From Octopus vulgaris (lineage: Eukaryota), in NCBI GenBank assembly GCA_951406725.2, contig OX597841.1:17174001-17238000 (forward strand): 64,000 bases of DNA, read 5' to 3'. The stretch's first letter is position 1. Each line of letters starts with the position of its first letter. A program made the position numbers and the translations under genes. A model generated the notes under the pieces. It saw only the letters and a program-made list of their open reading frames with translations. It was not told the origin of the DNA and did no database searches. This document shows, one piece after another, positions 57,015 to 64,000 of the stretch.

Positions 57015-57015
57015 C

Positions 57016-57091
<76 letters not shown>

Positions 57092-57457
57092 TCATATATA
57101 CATATATATATATACACACACATACATACACACATACATACATACCAGGCGTAAAGTGTACACAGGAGAACTTACTTGTTCGACTGTTTCCTTGAAGGTC
57201 TGTGCTCCAGCATGTCCGCGAACCATTGACTATGACAATTAACAAATAAAAGACACAGAACGTATATATTCAGCAGAGTGGCACCATTCAACAGCTACAA
57301 CACCCCGAGGAAGCGTATTGTGGCCAGCGGTGTAGAACAACATCCGTTAGTCTGGTCGATACAATAGGTTTGTATATATGTGTGTATGTATGTGAGTGAG
57401 TATGTATGTATGTACATATGTAGGTATGTGTGTGTATGTACGTATAAATGTCTGTAT

Positions 57458-57502
<45 letters not shown>

Positions 57503-57878
57503 TTCATGGACGTTCGTATATATCGATGTATATGTGTGTATGTATGTATGTATGTGACCAATTTCATTTACATACATTTCTCCTTTCTTCCCTTTTTTTT
57601 CTCTCTCTCTCTTTCTCTATGCATATATGTGTGTTTCTATATGCTGCCATTTATATATTGTATATACGAACATTTACATACAGCAGATTAAACATTACAC
57701 ACACATACATACATACACATAACATATATCTTTATATCTAACGATATATATGTATATATATATATATATATATGCATATATACATACATATATATATGCA
57801 TATATACATATGTATATATATACATACACATACATATATATACACATATATATACACACACACACACACAGATATATA

Positions 57879-57945
<67 letters not shown>

Positions 57946-58774
57946 TATATATTTATGTATATATCCCCCATCGATAAAACAGGCGTGAAGTCCACCATTT
58001 TGTCAGAATACGTAGCCTATACAGGATACACCTAGCCAAATAGTCTCCGGACATTTCCGTCAACTTCCGTTACATACTTCGAACTTAATTCCATTCGTCT
58101 GGCTTGAGACAACTTCTGATCTTCTGTGCGTTTCTGTTTTTTGTTTTCTTTTCATTTTCTTATTTTTGATTGTTATACGTGTGTATATATGTGTGTGTGT
58201 GTGTATGTATGTGTGTGCCGTTTTTCATGGCGGGCATTCTTCTTTCTTCTCTCTTCGATTTTCTGTTCACTTCAACACCAATTGGATGTTTAAAGTGTAG
58301 TTTTATAATCAAAATAGACTGGTGGTTTGAGAGTTCTATGTGTGTAGGAGAGTTCGTAGTATACTGACGTTAGATGCTGTGTATGAATATCTGTCTCTGT
58401 GTATGCATGTATGTATGTTATTATGTATCTATGTGTGTCTTTGTATATATGTAAATATGTATGTACGTATTTATGGATGTATGTATGTATGTTTGTATAT
58501 ATATATAGAGAGAGAGAGAGACATATACATACATGCATATAAGCTACATCTATGTTATATATAAAATACATATACATATATATGTATATATATATATTTA
58601 TATGTATATATATATTTAAAAATATATATATGTGTATATATATGTATGTATATATCTGTATATATATATATATGTGTGTGTATATGTATGTATATATCTG
58701 TATATATATGTGTGTGTATATGTATGTACATATCTGTATATATATGTGTGTGCATGTATCTATATATGTGTATG

Positions 58775-58859
<85 letters not shown>

Positions 58860-58985
58860 CACACCTGCATCTTCGTTACACGAGAAAAGCCATTTCCCAG
58901 AAGACTTACTGAAATGATTCGCGATTATTGCCATGTCGATGCCCTTATATGACTTTTCAGCCCGGCCAAGCTTTTACACATTTTA

Positions 58986-59216
58986 TTACATACTAGACAC
59001 CTGTGCTGGAGACACAGGTGCCACCGTATGCACTCTCTTAACCTGTCTTTTTAGACCTCCAACTGAGAGGCTCACCCTGCCGCATTTTGCCCACGTTCTG
59101 TTAGCAATTTTAATAGCCACATCATTATTTATCATGGGTGGATTTTTATGAGAAGTTTGATGGCTCACCAGGCCTGCACGACTCAAACACCTCCGCCCAC
59201 AAACCACGCACATAAA
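58986..59216 (-). mobile_element. RTE-type LINE 3' end with two C2H2 zinc fingers (second one decayed)
   Basis: [23 protein letters not shown] ... [22 protein letters not shown] ... stop; no TGEKP linker. Confidence 0.65.
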
Positions 59217-59224
59217 AATATATA

Positions 59225-59272
<48 letters not shown>

Positions 59273-59373
59273 TACATATAAATAGATTTACATATATACA
59301 TATACATATATATATAGATCGATATATATATATATACATAGACATATACATATACATATATATATATACGTAG

Positions 59374-59424
<51 letters not shown>

Positions 59425-59470
59425 CATACATACATGCATACATATATATACATATTCATATATATATATA

Positions 59471-59598
59471 CAGGGTGTCCCCAAAAAATGTATACACACC
59501 TTAAATAATTGTAAATTTGTTTTTCTTTGTAAGCCTAGTACTTGTTCTATCGTTCTCTTTTGCCGAACCACTATGTGTATACATTTTTTTGGGACACC

Positions 59599-59601
<3 letters not shown>
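59471..59601. mobile_element. 131-bp Tc1/mariner MITE containing a SINE A fragment
   Basis: TA-cagggtgtccccaaaaaatgtatacaca / tgtgtatacatttttttgggacaccctg-TA; 59523-59569 matches the SINE A tail. Confidence 0.85.
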
Positions 59602-59652
<51 letters not shown>

Positions 59653-59744
59653 TGCAAAAATAAATACTATATAGATACACACATATAACTAAGGGCACAT
59701 AAATACGTATGCACATATATAAACCTCTATGTGTATGTGTGTAT

Positions 59745-60040
59745 GAAGGCGTTTGGCTTAGTGGTTTGGGTATTCGGCTCATAACCGTTATGTCATTCGA
59801 TCGATACCCGGTGACGCGTTGTGTCCTTGAGCAAGACTCTTTATTTCACGTTGCTCCAGCCCACTCAGCTATAATTCGTCACGGCCAGCCTTTCCGCATT
59901 GTGTGTCTCGCAGAATCTCCCTGAGAACTACGTTAAGCGTACGCGTGTCTGTGGAGTATTCAGCAACTTGCGCGTTGGTTTCACGAACAGGCTGATCGGC
60001 TAGACTGCAATAGTCATCCTGGTAACCGACGGAGTGCCAG
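59745..60040 (+). mobile_element. SINE family C
   Basis: tggcttagtgg A-box, ccttgagcaagac core, tail aaccgacggagtgccag as in the copy at 11370-11650. Confidence 0.78.
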
Positions 60041-60050
60041 CGCACGTACG

Positions 60051-60097
<47 letters not shown>

Positions 60098-60130
60098 CTC
60101 TGTACTATATATATATATATATACTCTTTA

Positions 60131-60349
60131 CTCTTTTACTCTTTTACTTGTTTCAGTCATTTGACTGCAGCCATGCTGGAGCACCGCCTTTAATCGAGCA
60201 ACTCGACCCCGGGACTTATTCTTTTGTAAGCCCAGTTCTTATTCTATCGGTCTCTTTTGCCGAACCGCTAAGTAACGGGGACATAAACACACCAGTATTG
60301 GTTGTCAAGCAATGCTAGGGGGACAAACACAGACACACAAACACACACA

Positions 60350-60405
<56 letters not shown>

Positions 60406-60571
60406 TACGACGGGCTTCTTTCAGTTTCCGTCTACCAAATCCACTCACAAGGCTTTGGTCGGCCCGAGGCTATAGTAGAAGACACTTGCCCAAGGTGCCA
60501 CGCAGTGGGACTGAAGCCAGAACCATGTGGTTGGTAAACAAGCTACTTACCACACAGCCACTCCTGCGCCT
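60131..60571 (-). mobile_element. SINE family A, full length
   Basis: End-to-end match; (ctctttta)n tail. Confidence 0.9.
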
Positions 60572-61451
60572 ATATATATCTTTTTGATGCGGCTCTATCC
60601 TGTTCCCTTCTTTCTCCCTATTGTTACCTCTCTCTCATTCTTTCTCTAATTTCCCTTCGCCGTTTTCTATCTCTCTCTCCCCCTCTTTATCCTTTACTCT
60701 CTTTCTTTCTCTCTCGTTGCTCTCACGTGACCATCGTCCATCTTTCTTTTCCTTACGTGATCATCTTTCTTTTCTTTCAGGGTTGTCCTAGAGGCTGGAC
60801 GTATCCTATCTATCTCCCTCTTCTATCTTTTTTCTTGTCAAAGAAAATATTTCCTTAGCGTTCGCTATTTTTACCCTCGTTCTAGTTAACGACTCTCCGT
60901 AGTTGTTTTCATTCGGTTTCCTTGTACACCTCCACTGTCCTGTTTTTCTTCTCAACTTTGACCCTCCATAAATCCGAAATGAGGAGCAGATAGGCAGCCT
61001 ACAACTGATGAAATGGTCCTTCATTATGTTACTTGTCCTGTTTTCTATTTCTTTATCTCGTTGTTTGCGTTTTCAACTCATTTGTTTTCGTATTTCATGT
61101 TGTTTACTGTTGGTGATATCCTGTACCCATATATACATGTGTGAGTGTATATATTTATATATATGTTTGTATGTAACTCTAAGAGTCCGTTGTAATGTTA
61201 CGTTTACAATATTTCAGAGTAATACTTGCTGCATTTTCAACTAACAGGGACTGCTTCGTCAAGGGATCGAATCGGCGACTCTACGATCGTCAGGACAAGG
61301 GTCTAAGCACTAATTTACATTCCTTCCCATACACACATCATATATCCATACTTACGAATATATATGTATATTTGTGTGTGCGTGTGTGTGTGTGTGTGTG
61401 TGTGCGTGTATGTGTGTGTGTGTGAAGATGTAGGAATGCATTTAAATTTCA

Positions 61452-61872
61452 GGATCTTTTCGGTTTGAACGGCAGTTTTTAACATAATTTCTAGGTAACT
61501 AAAAAATTTTAAACTTCGTATACTGGTAGAATGTGTTTATAAAACATCTTTTTCTCTTGGCTTTATTGAGAGAATTCTATAGCCTGTAAGATATATGTTG
61601 TTTTTTTTTTCTTCAAATTCTGCAATTTCAACCAATCAGTGACGTCTATTGAGGTAAAAAAAAACATTCTATGCCGTATGAATATGTCCCTCGTTTAAGA
61701 AACAGATTGGGTTTATTTACATTTGTGAAGAAAAAAAGATACCCTTCCCCCACCCCTAACCCTAACCCTAAAACAGATTGAAATGCAATAGATCGATTCT
61801 AGGGTCATAATTATGGGTGACAATTTCATATGACACCGCTAGAAAAAACTGCCGGTCAAACCGAAAAGATCC
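61452..61872. mobile_element. MITE with 28-bp TIRs and internal (CCCTAA)n
   Basis: ggatcttttcggtttgaacggcagtttt / aaaactgccggtcaaaccgaaaagatcc; flanks aaatttca / aatattca may be a decayed 8-bp TSD. Confidence 0.8.
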
Positions 61873-61999
61873 AATATTCATAATATTCATTCATATGTAT
61901 GTATGTATATATACTGAAAATTTACAAAAAAGCAAAAGACAAAAACGATTGTGTAAACAACAGATGTATTAGTTTAACGCTCGGGATCAGTGAGAATGT

Positions 62000-62035
62000 C
62001 TTTTACGTTTCGAGCCTACGCTCTTCACCAGAAAG
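62000..62035 (-). ncRNA. Minimal hammerhead motif (A6G)
   Basis: Minus: cttt-CTGGTGA-a-gagc-gtag-gctc-GAAA-cg-TA-aaag. Confidence 0.5.
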
Positions 62036-62404
62036 GAACACAGACATAAACAGGGAAAGAAAATAGAAAAGGTTTAGTGGTTAGCGATCTGTACATATCC
62101 ATATAAATATATATATATATATATGTAAGTATATATATGTATATATATGTGTGCGTATATGTATATACGTATGTGCATGTAAGTATATATGAGTATATGA
62201 ATATATGTATTTACATGTATACGTATGTATGTACGCATGTGTAAACAGAAGTGTAATCATATATGCATATACCATTTGTGTATACATACATATATACATA
62301 CGTACGTACATACAAACATACGTACATACTTGTGGGCGTATCTTCATGTACATACCTGTATGTATCTATATAATATCAAAGCAAGGTGGTATATAAGTGA
62401 ACCG

Positions 62405-62906
62405 AGCTGGTGGTGGCGGCGAAGGCTGTGCTGGTGGTCGTTGTCATGTTGGTGGTGGCGGCGATGACGTTGGTGGTGGCGGCGGCGATGACGTTTTGGT
62501 GGAGTTTGTGATGGCGTTGGTAGTGGTGGCAGTGGTGGTGGAGTTTGTGATGGTGATGGTGTTAGTGGCGGTGGTGGTGGAGTTTGTGATGGTGATGGTG
62601 GTGGTGGTGACGATGACGTTGGTGGTGGAGTTTGTGATGGTGATGGTGTTGGTGGTGGCGGCGATGACGCTGGTGGTGGAGTTTGTGATGGGTGGTGGTG
62701 GTGGTGGTGGCGGCGATGACGCTGGTGGTGGAGTTTGTGATGGTGATGGTGGTGGTGGTGGCGGCGATGACGCTGGTGGTGGAGTTTGTGATGGTAATGG
62801 TGGTGGTGGTGGTGGTGGCAGCGATGACATTGGTGGTGGGGTTTGTGATGGTGTCGGTGGTGGCGGTGATGGTGGTGGCGGTGATGGTGGTGGTGGTGGT
62901 GGTGGC
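62405..62906. repeat. (GGT)n-based minisatellite with recurring ggcgatgacgYtggtggtggagtttgtgat
   Basis: Direct reading of the sequence. Confidence 0.9.
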
Positions 62907-63395
62907 GTAAATGTCCCTCACTGACGTCTCACTGATAGCGATAACCCCGCCGCTTCCGCGTTCCTTCTGCGCACGACGGACAACCCTCCATCCCACCCCT
63001 GTCACCACGGACACCCACCACCACCGCCGCCACCACCACCACCGCCGCCACCACCACCTATATCCCACATCACCCCCACAACCTCCCAGCTCTCCCGACA
63101 ACCGCCACCCACGTTCTCCACTCCCCCACCCCACACTCCGTATCCGACTATAAATGAAATTGGAATGAATCCTGGGTAATATTGTAATATTTTAATAAAG
63201 TTGGAAACTGAACTGTTTCCGGTTGCAAATATGTGTGTGTGGATGTGTGTGTGTGTGTTTATGGGCGAGAGAGTGTCAGTATGTATGTACTTATATATAT
63301 GTGTGTGTGTGTATATATGTATGTGTGTGGGTGTGTATTCGAGTGTATGTATGTATATATATATATATATAAAAACATATATATACATATATATG

Positions 63396-63457
<62 letters not shown>

Positions 63458-63660
63458 TATAATGTACATATAACACATGTTCACACGTGCATATATACAA
63501 ATATATGTTTAATAGAAAGATATAGTATACGTATGTGTATATATGTGTATATATATATCTATGTATATATCCATACATATATACACACACACACATATAT
63601 ATACGTATATATATATAAACGTATATATATATATATAAACATATATATATATATATATGC

Positions 63661-63692
<32 letters not shown>

Positions 63693-63905
63693 TATATATA
63701 TATATATATATATGCTACATATATATACATATGTATTTATTTCCATATTTACATACATGCATACAAAATTACTTTTATGCATGTATGTATATACATGCGT
63801 ATATATGGATGAATACCTTTTGATTTGAATTAATGCAAATAGAAATGTGCATACGTACGATTATATATTTACACACAACCAGAGTGTATATACATCAATC
63901 TAAAC

Positions 63906-63940
<35 letters not shown>

Positions 63941-64000
63941 TATATATATATATATGTGTATACATACCTACATATATATGAGTATATATGCATACTTTCA

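Noticed and set aside
61005-61030. CTGATGA plus hairpin
   Set aside because: No following GAAA or stem III.

Overview
This is AT-rich eukaryotic non-coding DNA, intronic or intergenic. It is most likely from an octopod cephalopod, inferred from the extreme (TA)n/(CATA)n/(GATA)n load and the tRNA-derived SINE families. I could not support any host protein-coding gene: nearly every ORF in the track is a translated microsatellite. The only real coding traces are transposon relics (Tx1/L1 zf-RVT, RTE RT and C2H2 tail, CR1-like, Tc1/mariner). The rest is SINEs (about four families, over 25 copies), non-autonomous Helitrons including a head-to-tail trimer, MITEs and a 30-bp minisatellite. The main hidden signal is a set of about 15 minimal type I hammerhead ribozyme motifs, intact or degenerate, from several unrelated sequence families. 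They sit in short islands between (TA)n tracts, probably Penelope-like or retrozyme-like elements. Their cores show all of C3-G8, G3-C8 and U3-A8 at the known tertiary 3-8 base pair, and six of them coincide with the turning point of a fold-back inversion. All folds were read by eye and none has been tested for activity.
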